64,000 nt of DNA from Zancudomyces culisetae HAW-14-8. Lineage: Eukaryota; Fungi; Kickxellomycota. Positions 47,088-59,549 of the stretch are shown piece by piece. The notes under the pieces were generated by a model. That model saw only the letters and a list, made by a program, of their open reading frames with translations. It was not told the origin of the DNA and did no database searches. The first letter of the stretch is position 1. Each line of letters begins with the position of its first letter. Where the stretch lies: contig JBNJNM010000008.1 in NCBI GenBank assembly GCA_052426225.1, forward strand, positions 620,001 to 684,000. Reading direction: 5' to 3'. A program made the position numbers and the translations under genes.

Positions 47088-48712
47088 ATGACCCGCTACC
47101 ATTCGCTCGTTGTAGCCATCCTTTTGCTTTTATATTCGATACATGCTACACTAATCAACAAAAACATTATTCGAGAAGTCGATTTGTCTGACCAAGCCTA
47201 CACGGAAATCATCAGAATCCTTGTTCTCAACAAGAATGAGGGTATTAGCGACAAATCTTCAGATGAGCAAAAGAAAGATCGAAATAAATCGCCAGAGGGC
47301 GATAAAGAATACGAATACTACGAATTGTTGATCCCAAAGTCTCTTGAAATGCAGATGGGATCCATCAAAGCTGCTGAAATCAAAACCAAGACTCCCATGT
47401 CTGTAAAACGCATAGGAACAATAGCTAAACTCCGAAAGGACAATGAAGGTAATGTTGCTGATGACATCAACTCCAAGAATGCCAATGGTTTGTATGTGCT
47501 TTACAAGGTTAAGTTTGCTCAGCCCTTGAAACCTGAGGAAAGGATAAGTTTCAAAGTAACAATCTCAGCAATGCAGAAGCTTCAGGCACTTCCCGCTGAA
47601 ATCGAATTTGGAGGCTCTGGTTCGTATGTTTACGAACGCGAAGTCCATGTTGTTTCATTGTACGAAACTGAGAATCAAAAGACAATTATCAGGTAGGTTT
47701 TTACTATGCAAAACTTATTATAATAATATATGCTGGTTCTAACAATAAACCAAATCAAAATAGACTTCCACAGGGAGACACTGAATCGTATAGTTTACAG
47801 CCGGAGCCAGTAAATAAGGACGGCAAAACAATAACATATGGCCCATACAAAAACGTGAAGCCCTACTCAATTTCAACTACAGACTCGCAGGTGGGACCAA
47901 ATATCCGCGTACATTTTGTTTCGGATTTGCCATATCTTGAAGTCAGAAAGAATACACGTGAAGTAACTATTAGCCATTTTACAGGAACTACTCGCATTGT
48001 CGACTTTTATGATGTCTACAACAACGGACCAGCATTTAAGGGTGGATTCAGCCGAATAGACTACTACAAACTCTTGGATTCCAAAGCACAGCGAACAATT
48101 CCGCGTGATTTCAGTATTGGTATCTCAGGAAGTGCCAAAAACATTTTCTACAAAGATGAAGTGGGAAATGTCACGTCCTCAAAGATATATGAACCAGGAA
48201 GCAGCGGTGGTAGTCCAATGACAAAGGTCTTGGTCTTGTCACCAAGATATCCTCTTGCTGGTGGATGGCACTATTCATGGAACCACGGGTACGACTCTAA
48301 CCTGTCATCCAATCTCCGGTTTGACAAGTCAACAGGGCTGTACAATTTCGCTATTCCATTCATCGTTGGCCTGTCAGAATTGCCCGTTCGTGAATATGAG
48401 CTCTCCATAGTTCTTCCTGAGGGTGCCATATTTAGCAACTTTCATATACCATTTGAACTTGAGGAAACCAAATTTTCTCAGGTTTACTCCTTCCTAGATT
48501 CGGTGGGGAGAACCAAAATCACGTTTAAACTATCCAACGTTGTTTCAGACCACACTGTCCCTATTGTTTTATCGTACAGGTACCCAACCTATGCTTATCT
48601 TATAAAGCCGCTCTCGGTCGCTGCCTTCCTGCTAGTCTTATTCATCTCTAGCATGTTTATCAGCCGTTTGGATTTATCATTGTCTAAAAAACGTCATCTG
48701 AAAACCGAGTAG
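47088..48712 (+). CDS. OST1: Oligosaccharyltransferase alpha subunit (ribophorin I), 2 exons
   Basis: Signal peptide; intron ~47693-47763 (GTAGGT..TAG); motifs FSRIDY, FYKDEVGNVTSS, PRYPLAGGW, LPEGA; C-terminal TM segment. Confidence 0.92.
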
Positions 48713-48965
48713 GCCAACAGACTCTTTTTCCTTTGTGTTTATTACTGATATTTTCAATTCACATCTTTCATTCAATACGCAAAGCCGTAAATAAACATAT
48801 CTTAAAGACGATGCAATCATATTATTTAGTTTATGATTTATTAAATTAACGTAAAACAGTGCAAGCTAAAAAAAGAAAGGCTGTGTAACTTCAAACGGGC
48901 AAAGAGGTGTTTTATCCATCTTTATCTTTTGTCAAATCGCTTATTTTCCAAAGTGTGCCAGGATT

Positions 48966-49746
48966 TCAGTCCTTCTTGATCATGGCATTAATGGAATCTT
49001 CGAGCTTGTTTACCTAGTTAATTTTTTGTATATGGAAATAAGTTCGTGCCTAGAATATTTGCTTTGATGCTAGTTTCAAAGTGTACTTACTGAAAACCCT
49101 GCGTTTTCTTTTTCAAGCCCATTGAATGGGTAGTGTCTTGGAATCTACATTATTTTCAAGTTTAAACACGTCATTACTCTGATTGTAAACGTATATTATC
49201 CAAATCAACACATAATATATATAATGATAAGCAAAACAGATAGAGTTGACTTACAGCTACTCTCTCAGGTTGCATATAGTATGCCCACAAACCTCCGAGT
49301 CCCAACAAACCAATCAGTGTCGCCCACTGTTTAAACACAAGCGAGTATGCTGGATGTCTGTACACTGAATTTGATTGCATGTGCAGCATCTCCTCGTGTT
49401 CGTGTACTGGATCTCCAAAATTACGTCGCATTTGCCTATCCCACCAGCCATATGGTGTTCGTTTTTCAGCCTTAGTTAGGGGTAGATTGGGGTAATAGTT
49501 TCCGGTTTGTGGATCTGGATCAACATACCCTTCATCCTTGAATTTCAATTGATGGGTGTCGATTGGGCCCTTATCTTTATTGTTACTGCTTGTGGTGGAG
49601 GAAAAGCCACGTTGAATCGATTGTTGCAAAACCGCCAATCTACCATTCATCCCAGAAACAACTAGTGCTCTGTAGTTGTGGGTGGTTTTCATGGATTTGG
49701 AAATGTTTCCTATGCTTCTGCTTGCGATTCCTAATACCCTGGTCAT
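48966..49746 (-). CDS. NDUFB8: NADH:ubiquinone oxidoreductase accessory subunit NDUFB8/ASHI, 3 exons
   Basis: Mitochondrial presequence, YPNLP..R.PYGWWDRQMRRNFGDPVHE, a single TM, spliced PRHYPFNGLEKE, and stop at 48966. Confidence 0.85.
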
Positions 49747-50294
49747 TTTTCCTGAATTTGGAATTGGTATTTTTCTATTGTTTTTTGTACCTAGATTAAA
49801 AATGAAAAATATTAGATTAATCTAGTGATTGTAATTGCAAATAATAATTTTTTTAAAAAATTCAAACTACAACTAAAATATCAGCAATTGTTCAATTCAC
49901 CCCTCTCTGAAACCCAACCAATTTACCAACTTTTTTTTTCTTTGTATATACAGTTTTTGTTTTGGCTGATAAATAAATAAAACAAATACATAAAACAAAT
50001 TCCCTAAAAGCCCGGGCAAATTTTTTTGAAATTTGGCGTGAACCTTTGGGCAACTTTTCCCCCAGCCCGGGAGCACTTATGGCCCAACAAACTGTATCTG
50101 CATTCGAAACTTCTAGCCAATTTGTTTAAAGAATCGCTTGGGCTTTAATAACAAAAAAAAAAGAGCTAGACATGACCACACAGGTTGATAAACAAGTAGA
50201 TCATAAATATTAAATAATAGTCAGGTAAATAAATGACTACGCTATGAAAAGGAAATCAATGTGATAAATATAAAAAAGAAAATAGGTAAAGAGA

Positions 50295-51931
50295 TCATTG
50301 GATCGAAGCTTCGAAAGCAGCCTGTTCTTCATCTATTGTAGGTCTCTTTTTGATAACCAACTCATCTCCCGTAATACGATGGTAAATGTCCTTGATATCT
50401 TCGTAAACAGTGACAAAATGTGAAGTTGCATCGTAGCTCTTACTGATAAATGCCTGTGAGTGGGTTCCGTCATCAACAGGCTCATAGATATCCGATACGT
50501 AGTCAAATCGCTCCTTAATAGGACCCAAATAGCTGATTGCCGCTGCAACTTCGCTATGAGGATCGTCGGTTTCAACAACAGTAGAAATTGAAGCCAGCCA
50601 GAAGCCCTTTGGAACCACATGGTGGGATGCAGACACGCTAGTAATGTAGATATCATGCTTTCTCTTTGCTTGGTTTTGTGGAATAATAATCTGAGTAGAG
50701 TCGGCGTTGTCAGAGTTGGGGATTGGGTGATCAAGTAGACAGATTGTTCTTATAACTTGCCCAGTTTTCTTAACCTTTTCTTTGAAGTATGATGGGTCAC
50801 CAATCACCAGCTTAGCCTTGGCAACCTGCTCACCAGATTTAACACCAGTCACTTTGCCGTCTTCGCCATAAATCACTTCATCTATAGGTGTACCCAGCAT
50901 ATAAGTACCACCATAGATCGCACTTAATCGGGCAAACCCTTGAGGAAGTTCTCCTAGACCATAAAGCGGATAAATGTATGGACTCGAACCATATCTCGCT
51001 ACGGATGACACATAGAGCACGATTTTCTCGAAAGTCTCATTCGCTGGCCTATCCTTGTAGTCTTCATTCAAATGCAACGCCATGGCGTGCCCAATAAACT
51101 CCTGGGATGATGCATCGAGTCCAAAATGTGCAAAAATCTCGCTCATGGGCTGCTTCTCCAAGTTTAATCCTTGGTGTGTTGAAACATCATCCTTTTTCCA
51201 CTTGCTAACAAACTCCAAAAACTTTTTCACTTTGAATTTTTCAAAGAAGCCCAGCAATGGACTAGATCCTGCCTCGGTAACAGTAGCTGGCACCTTCTTG
51301 ATCTTCCCATCTCTACATACCATTGAGCGTGAAATGAGCTTAAACTCGATGTATCTGGTAACATCGGTGTATACAAGCACCTTCACCAGCTCCTCATTTG
51401 CCATCATAAACTTGGGTATCAAGTCAATGTTGTAATCCCTATCCCTTCCAAAAGATTCTGGAAACTCTTCCACTCCTTTGAACTTTTTGTAGAGCTATTT
51501 ATAAACGGTTGAGCGCACATTTAGTATGATTTATCGAAAAATTAATACTCAGCAGAATAAAAAATGATGCTGTTCTACAAATAAAACGTCATTAGAACAT
51601 ACCTGAGACAAATTAAGACTGGCACATTCTCCCCCATAATAGTCATTCCTATCAATGTGGAGCACCTTTTTGCCCTCAACTGAAAGTATTCCAGATAAAA
51701 CACATTCCGTTAGTCCTGTACCCAACACTATGACATCGTATTCTTCATCCTATTTTCGTTTACACAGTAATTTAGTAGCTAAGAGGGTATTGTTTTAAAA
51801 TCATAATGGCCATACATTTACATTTATCTAAAAGTAAAATCAAATACAAAAAACCAGTCTAATTCTCTCAGTGTCGTCCCCGTCCCCCTCCCCTCTAATC
51901 TAGCTGTTATAACATTTTTTCTACATACCAT
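50295..51931 (-). CDS. GDI1: Rab GDP-dissociation inhibitor, 3 exons (first coding exon is ATG only)
   Basis: M|[63 protein letters not shown]. Confidence 0.96.
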
Positions 51932-54170
51932 TTTATCGGCACTTGCTGTTTTTCTCTTCTATTTTTGTTTCGTATATCTTATGTTCAACTTTTGGTTTTG
52001 CTTTACAAAAAGGCTAATTTACCTCAATTTATCGCATTGCAGCTTTTAATTAGCGCGCATTTATTCCGTGGAGTTTGAGCTACAGGTGAACAATAGCCCA
52101 ATCCTGCAAATTTAAACAAAAATCATTCGCTATCTTGAATTTGTTTGCACCTAATTAAAAACAAAGCCGAAACAAATTTGTTTTTACTATTCTAGAGCTT
52201 GTCCACCTCATAAAACCAAAAACACCAAGTTCAGTGTTAGCAGAGGCAATAAAAGAAGCAAGCTATATATTTTTGAGCTGCTCATTCAGATATCACTGTC
52301 TCTTAGGTGTGAAAACAACCCCCGTGGTGGTATTCTCATCATTTTTGGTCATGTGAATGCAAAAAAAAAAACATCACACCCCCCCCCCCACCACACCACA
52401 CGGGTATTAACACACGGACATTTATCTCGTAGTTAAACTACTCAAAAAAAAAAAGCAATTTTATATGCTACTCACCCAGGTCTGTTAGTAAGGATATTTA
52501 ATTTGCAACTGGTATACTTGTGCAAAAAGTAGCGCGTTTAACTATCACTTGGAAATAAACATGTTTCGGTTTACTAATAAAAAATAACAATACCAGGGCA
52601 ATTGTATCATATTGCTAATCCAAATGTTTATATATCTGCAGATCTGCATATCCGTTTATCAACATACCTGTGCATCTTTATCCAGTGTGATAGCAGAACG
52701 TGAAAATAATGTCAGAAAACACATATTGGTCTTTTTGGCTTCAAGTTTGTGTACCAATGTTTATGATGAAACTAGTCACGTTTTACTAAAACTATTTCAC
52801 TTGATTCTGCTCACGCTTTTTGCGCCCTAGGTTCTATAATCTGGTCTTGTCTCACGTTTAATCAGTTACACATCATTACTCCGAATGCAGTTTATAAATT
52901 CTCCAGGTTGGCCATGAGTTCCGGCCAGCTAAGATTTTTTTTCAAACTCAGACGAGTATTTACACTTAACATGAGCTGTAATTTAAAAGATATACAATTC
53001 TTTTTATTTTACTTTTAATACGGGGCGAGAGGCTCTGAAACAGTACAAAAAATAAACAAATAAATAATCGCAATCCTTCCCGGTGGCATATGTCTTTCTG
53101 GATACTATGTTTATCTGTTCATTTCACTATGAATATTTTGCTCTTTTAGCAAAATCTTTGTTAGGTTATTACACCCGGAAATAATATACTCGAAGAATCG
53201 CTTTCTTTGAAAGCTCGCGGCTCAAGTAATGGTAATAATTACGTTTTCAGGTAATTATTTGTAAACAAGCGCAATTTCTTTCAACATGGGCCAACGAGAA
53301 ACTGTATCTATGTTTTTTTTTTGTTATTTTTGTTTTGATAATTTTTTTCAAATCAATTAATTAATTATAAACAAAGAAAATTTTTTTAGGACAACTTCAT
53401 CAACCGGGAGCAGCAAATCGCCCACAAACAACAGCAAACACTTGTGAATTTACATCTATTTCCTCTCTCCTTGAACCAGTGTAATACCACAAGTCGTCCA
53501 ATTTTTTACAACTGTTTGTTTTTTTAGTGCATCCTCGCAAGACCTAAAACACCCAAAGGAGAATCCATATGTTTATCAATACGACTATTTTCTAGAAATC
53601 TCGGCATTATTGACAGAAACTAAAAAAAAAAACATTATAAATATGGCAGGCTTCCTAAGTACACAAAGACAGAGGATTTACGTTTTCTTCGTTTAATCTA
53701 ATTATCTTGGCTAAATCAAGATTTTATATGTTTTCCTTCTTAAATGTACTTTAAGCGAAAACACCAAACTTTTTAATATATTTTTTAGCTTGTCCTACTT
53801 TCTTTTGGAACAAAGAGACATAAGAAAAAGAAGCTGAAATCGAAACCGAGGCAGAACGTGCACTATCTATTGTTTTCTTTGTTGATGCTATAATCTACAC
53901 CTACCTTAATAAAACCAATCAAAACCTTATTCCAACTCTCACTTTTGGATACTTGCGCAAGTAAAGACACCAACACTAACTAAAACCCGAGACCTGGAGT
54001 ACAATTTGCTTTATCAACAGTCTGAATAGCAACACGGATAACTCATCCATCTATTTAACCACACGTAGACTAGAAAGATATAAAATAGAGCCAAGGATCA
54101 CCTCAACTGCTATTTACGCATCATAAGAGTAAAACACTGACCAAATATTCCTCATAAATATAAATACAAA

Positions 54171-55115
54171 ATGGATACTCAGACCGGACAAGCGGAAAAG
54201 CGTACGGATAAGCTGAAGAAATGGGTATTGAATTATTTAAATAGATATCGGAAAATAGACTTGAGAAGCGGACTATTCCTCTTGGTAGTAGCTATCTTTT
54301 TTGGACTAGCATACTGGTTCAATAATGTGATGGCCAACTTTGCTTCAAAAAGAAGCATGAAGGTCGAGGAAGAGGTAGGAAGAAGACTTGTTTTGCCTGA
54401 TTTAGGATTTGAACTACTCCCAACCACGAGTCTGCTAGGATTGACTGATGCCTTTGTAACTCTAACCATTGTCATATCAGTCTTGCTCTTACTGGTTTAT
54501 GAGCGACCGTATCGTTTTCTAGGGAGATTTTTACTCGCCTGGGGACTATCACTTTTACTCAGAATTACTACTATTGGGACAACATCGTTGCCCGATCCGA
54601 GATCAACCTGCGAATACATCACTGGAAATATTTTTACAGAGGTCGCTCTACACAGATGCGGAGATTTGATATTTTCTGGTCACACAATAATCTACGCAAC
54701 AAACTTTATGGCGTGCTTTTCCTTTTCACCTAGAAATATTTTGGGAAAGATAATAACGCTATTGGTATTCGGAGTCGCTATATCTGGGTCAATTATTGTG
54801 CTAGCTAACCGGGCCCACTACACGGTTGATGTCCTTCTAGCTTGGTATATTTCGATCGGATCTTGGTACATTGTAGCATGGGTCTGGTACTGGCAGATAA
54901 CTGTTAAAAAGAGGTTCTTGATTATTGAGTACCCTATGGGATTAGGTAGACATAGAAGCAGCGAAAAAGATGCTATTGTTCAACGGAGAATAAAACGTCT
55001 GGAATTGGACGTTTTGCTGCAAAATGAGGAAAATGGTGAAGAGTCACAGGAGTCCTTTGATAAGATGTCACCAACTTTAAAAATGGCCACTGCGGAACAA
55101 GAATTACCTATGTAG
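54171..55115 (+). CDS. Sphingomyelin/IPC synthase-like PAP2_C protein no. 2
   Basis: LPDLGF, LRITTIGTTSLPDP, CGDLIFSGHT and ANRAHYTVDV; about 6 TM segments. Confidence 0.88.
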   Translation: MDTQTGQAEKRTDKLKKWVLNYLNRYRKIDLRSGLFLLVVAIFFGLAYWFNNVMANFASKRSMKVEEEVGRRLVLPDLGFELLPTTSLLGLTDAFVTLTIVISVLLLLVYERPYRFLGRFLLAWGLSLLLRITTIGTTSLPDPRSTCEYITGNIFTEVALHRCGDLIFSGHTIIYATNFMACFSFSPRNILGKIITLLVFGVAISGSIIVLANRAHYTVDVLLAWYISIGSWYIVAWVWYWQITVKKRFLIIEYPMGLGRHRSSEKDAIVQRRIKRLELDVLLQNEENGEESQESFDKMSPTLKMATAEQELPM

Positions 55116-56364
55116 GTAGTATATTAGAATTCTTTTGATTATTTTTTTTAAATTTTTTTTTTCAGTCTTTGATGTTGTATGTAAATTAACTGCTTTTATT
55201 ATCTCAAAAGTTACAATTAAGGTCCGGTTTTTTAGTTGAAGGAGGTAAGGTAGGTGGATGGGTGGTTATAGTTGAATAGTCGGAATAATGCTGCAATTTG
55301 CATTTAAAAGCTTTATTAGCAGAGTATTAAATAAGATTGAAGAGTGAATCTGAGCAAATAAAGCTGATGTTCAAAAATTTTAATATGGCGCAGATGACCA
55401 CCAACGCCACCCTGTTTATGTATAGGATGATGCTTGCATTTTAGTACTGGCAAAGCCAAGTTGAGGGTATTATTAATAAAGCATGCATTTATTAGAGAAT
55501 ACTATTCTACTACTTTAATTAAATATATTCTCCTGTTAAAGATATAGCGCCATGATTGGAAATTCGCCATTTATTATATTTGATAACTCTTGAAAAAGAA
55601 CCTTAAAAACGGTCTTTTAAGAACCGGAAACATTTAGAAATTTTATTCCCTTGTTTGATTTACTTCAAAGATGAAAAAAACGGCTTAAGCCTCAAAGTGA
55701 GAGATTTAGTATTTGTCTAGGAATAACACTTTCAGCACTGACAAAAAACCATTTGCTCCAAATGAAAACCTGATTGTTTAATATAATACTAATTAAAAAC
55801 CCCGATAAACACATATATCTCTAGCGTTTGTGATGCGATGAGAAGTTGAGGAAACTAGTTCGCTTGAAGCCCAATTTGTATCGGTTCATACATATGGTGC
55901 ATCTATATACATGTATGAATTTATACAAATGTATTTTTGTTATTAACTGATTGATTATTACCAAACAAAGGGGTTTGAATGTAATGGTGTTTGTCATGTG
56001 TTGTGTAAATATTCGAGAATTATGAACTGCACAACACCAATACATAGAAAATCAAAATATGTCAATATTTCAGTTACCTAATTCAGAAGCTGCTTGTTAT
56101 AAAAACATTTTTTTGTACTAGATTTGTGACAGATCTAAATATTTGAATAAAAATGAAGATACATGACATTAACTTTGTTCTCCCCTATCTCCCGTATCTC
56201 CCGTATCTCCCGTATCTTCCTTATCTCGCTTTCACCACTTACTTCCTGAAAAATTACAAATTTAACGCTTTTCGCTGTTTATTGTTACTATACTTTTTTT
56301 TTGGGAGGGAGGGAGCTTTGTGTGGGAGGTAATAGTGGGAGATGGGAAAATAAAGGTCCGCTTT

Positions 56365-56409
56365 GTGGTCAGTGGTCAGTGGTCAGTGGTCAGTGGTCAG
56401 TGGTCAGTG
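56365..56409. repeat. (GTGGTCA)x6 tandem repeat, with a (CCCGTATCT)x3-4 repeat nearby at ~56182-56217
   Basis: Seen directly. Confidence 0.9.
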
Positions 56410-57949
56410 AAGGTTTTCTCTTGAAACAAGCAATGAGAACGAGTTAAAAACCCCTGAGCCCTTTATTCGAATCAGCCATTTTATGCCCTTTTGTTTTTAA
56501 AAGTAAATGAGAACTGCCTTATCTTTCAATCGGTGAAGCCAAAATCCCGCGAATTTACAACCTCTGTTTTTTTTTGTTTTTTTGTTTTTTTATTATTTGT
56601 TTTTTTTGCCAACTCAATGATGTGCCGGCCAAATATCTAAATGAGCCAGATGACGATGTGCACAAAGTTCGCAAATAAACTCGCAGAAAATCTTCTCGAC
56701 AACTATAAGCGTTTGTGTCATTAACATACGAGTGCTTTTTGGCTGCAAGCCATACATACCCACAATTCAGCAAAAAAAAACTATCTGCTTTATGAGGATT
56801 GGTGGGCTCAGAAAGGCTTGGCCAATAGCTTACAAGCCACACTTTTATATATCCTCTAGCTCTCGAGTCTCATTTTAATAAAGCTTATTAGGACAAATCA
56901 TACTCTGAACTACCCTTCTGGGGATCTGATTTGACCAGAGATGCTGTTGCGAGTTATTGCTTCACAAAGCCTCGAATCCTTTTTTAATAAATAAAACTTG
57001 CAGCACAGAATTACACTATTTTGAGTTTGGCTTGGATGGGGGAGCAGAAAAGGGATCGTTTGCTAGAAGAGCCATGAAATACTTAAAAAACGATTTTTAC
57101 GTTTTTCAAGCTTTTTGTTTTCATCTTTTCGCTAGTTTTTGTATTTATTTAAGTATTCAAACACCAATCTATATAATAACCGGTATTTACAAGAGTACTA
57201 TTTTTTACGGAACATTGATATATAGAAAGGCTAAATGAACGGTATTTTACGTAATAAGCAATATATGGAAGTACGGGTATAATATAAAACAACCAATGAT
57301 TACCATTGAAAACATGAATTTCGACGTTTTACAGGTAAGCTTGTTAAAGATATCCAAGCTAAAATGTTTAGATTACTGGTGTACAGTAAAGTGAAAACAA
57401 GCAATTAAGTAATCGTTGTGGCATTTTCTTTCTACTTAACGCAACTTCAATAATTAAATTCCGGTAATTACTCAACCATTTTAATAAAAAAACGAATGAA
57501 GAGGGGTCGCTAAGTGATTGCTTTTGTTTAGAAATGTATACAATCACTTTGTTTTGTCGCAGCATGAAATGTGAAAAGCTTTAGTAAGGATGAGATGAAA
57601 AAAACAAAACCATTAGGTTCACATGACAAAAATCTAAGAATAGAAAAATTGAAATTGGGAAAGGGCAATTGTTTTCTGACCTTTGGGGGGGTGACCCAAT
57701 TGATATTTGTGGGCGTAAATTGACAACGGGTGTTTTTGTTTAAGCTAGTTGGTGGGAACGAAGTAGAGAGAAAAATATATACCCTTGGTTACAGTGTTTG
57801 GCATGCACATTTAAAATATATTTGCATTAAAAGCTTTTTTTCCACCTTTATATACCATTCTATTATTTAATTGCAATTCAGCTTCAACTATATATTCATT
57901 TACCACATAGAAGGAAAAGGAGGTGTTTATAGTTGGTAACATATCCGAA

Positions 57950-59035
57950 ATGATGGTTTTTGGCGTAAAAAGGGCACCACTAATCTTACAGGAGGCCATA
58001 AGACTGGCTATTTCATTCCTTTTCGTGTTTATAGTGGCATGTTTCATGACATATGCACAGGTACTCTCGGATATGAGGTACGAAAGACACCTACTCGAAA
58101 CGAATTCGGACCACAATCTCAAGGATATCTTCTTTGACTATCTTCCTGTTACCGAATCATACCACATAGTGGATGTGTTTCTAAACAGCTTTATTTTAAT
58201 CACATTGTTTGCCAATGCATATTTTTTATCAACATGGGTTTCTAGAATCGTAATGTTAAGGAGAGTGTTTTGGATGTCCGGACTTTTGTATATCTTGCGA
58301 GGTATTACATTAATTGTAACAACACTACCGCCAGCGGTTGGGAAAAACTGCATAAGGTCAAAGCTAGAAAATGATACAATTTCAGCGGCAGTCAGTCTGG
58401 TTTTCAGGATATTGGCAGGCGAGGCGAACACATGCACGGATAATATCTTTTCTGGACACACTGCAATCGCAACGCTATGTTTTCTGTTATGGTGGAAATA
58501 TTGTCCACACCCCATGTTAGTGCTTTACTCCGCGATACATGCCACCACCGTAGTCTGTTTAATATTGAGCTCAAGGATGCACTACACTGTGGACATAATA
58601 TTAGGAGTTGCATTAACACTAGGAATCCACTACTTCTACTACTCAACTTTGGAACAAAAGTATTATTTAGAATCTCTAAAACATCTGTTCAGTGAGAATA
58701 TTTTGGGTCCACTGTCACCACAGAACATAGGTTTAAAAGATTTATCTGGAGAGCGAAGTAGCGCGGATGACAGCCATTATGTCAGGTTGAATGTAGAAGA
58801 TGTGGATTTCGATAGCTCTGATTCAAGGGGTGAGGTTAGATTGCTCAGGAATCTAGCCTTAAACATGATGCATTGTAAACCAAACCTCCTCTACACCAGG
58901 CGCTGGTTTACTACACATGCAATGTGTAGCATTACAGGGTGGATGGATGGCCTCGATTTGCGGACCAAAGAACTATTTTTTTCGGAAGAATTATATAACG
59001 AGCCGAAGCTATCCTCCATCAAAATTAGAAAATAA
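57950..59035 (+). CDS. Sphingomyelin synthase-like / PAP2_C protein no. 3 (closer paralog of no. 1)
   Basis: QVLSDMRY, LKDIFFDYLP, CTDNIFSGHT, SSRMHYTVDI, and GWMDGLDLR (cf. GWADGVDLR in no. 1). 5' end uncertain. Confidence 0.85.
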   Translation: MMVFGVKRAPLILQEAIRLAISFLFVFIVACFMTYAQVLSDMRYERHLLETNSDHNLKDIFFDYLPVTESYHIVDVFLNSFILITLFANAYFLSTWVSRIVMLRRVFWMSGLLYILRGITLIVTTLPPAVGKNCIRSKLENDTISAAVSLVFRILAGEANTCTDNIFSGHTAIATLCFLLWWKYCPHPMLVLYSAIHATTVVCLILSSRMHYTVDIILGVALTLGIHYFYYSTLEQKYYLESLKHLFSENILGPLSPQNIGLKDLSGERSSADDSHYVRLNVEDVDFDSSDSRGEVRLLRNLALNMMHCKPNLLYTRRWFTTHAMCSITGWMDGLDLRTKELFFSEELYNEPKLSSIKIRK

Positions 59036-59549
59036 AAACCCCTCATACAGATATACAGATAAATATAATTCGTGATAATAGTTGGAAGGGTATGTGTAGT
59101 ACTGATGTGACGACCACATTGCTCGTCTAGCATAGGTGTTTTTTACAGCTTCTTCGTTATATTTTGGCTATTTTATTGAAGTTGTTGCTTTCACCCTTTA
59201 ATTTTAATATGATTCTTTTTTGTGCTTTTAACCTCTCGGATAAAAATTCCGAAGACTACAAGTATATTGTAAAACTAACTAGCATTTAGCTTTCTTTCTT
59301 CTGTTCTCTAATATCTAACACCAATTTCCTAAACTCTTTCGCTTAACGAGCTGCGACTATAACAGTTAAAAAAAATGAACAGATAAATCACTTAGTAAGT
59401 AAATTATAGCTGAAAAGGGTTTTCAAAATTAAGGAAATTTAGATCCGGAGGAAATAATGGTAATGTGTTCCAAAAAACATAGCGAACGATATCTTTTTGT
59501 CCTCTCCTTTTCCTCCCCCCTCCACCTCATATCCTTTTCCCAAAACACT

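Noticed and set aside
41583-59035. Calling the PAP2_C genes AUR1
   Set aside because: They carry C-x-D-x-IFSGHT and HY(S/T)VD of the SMS family, not the Aur1 AFPSLH / HHYFVD motifs.
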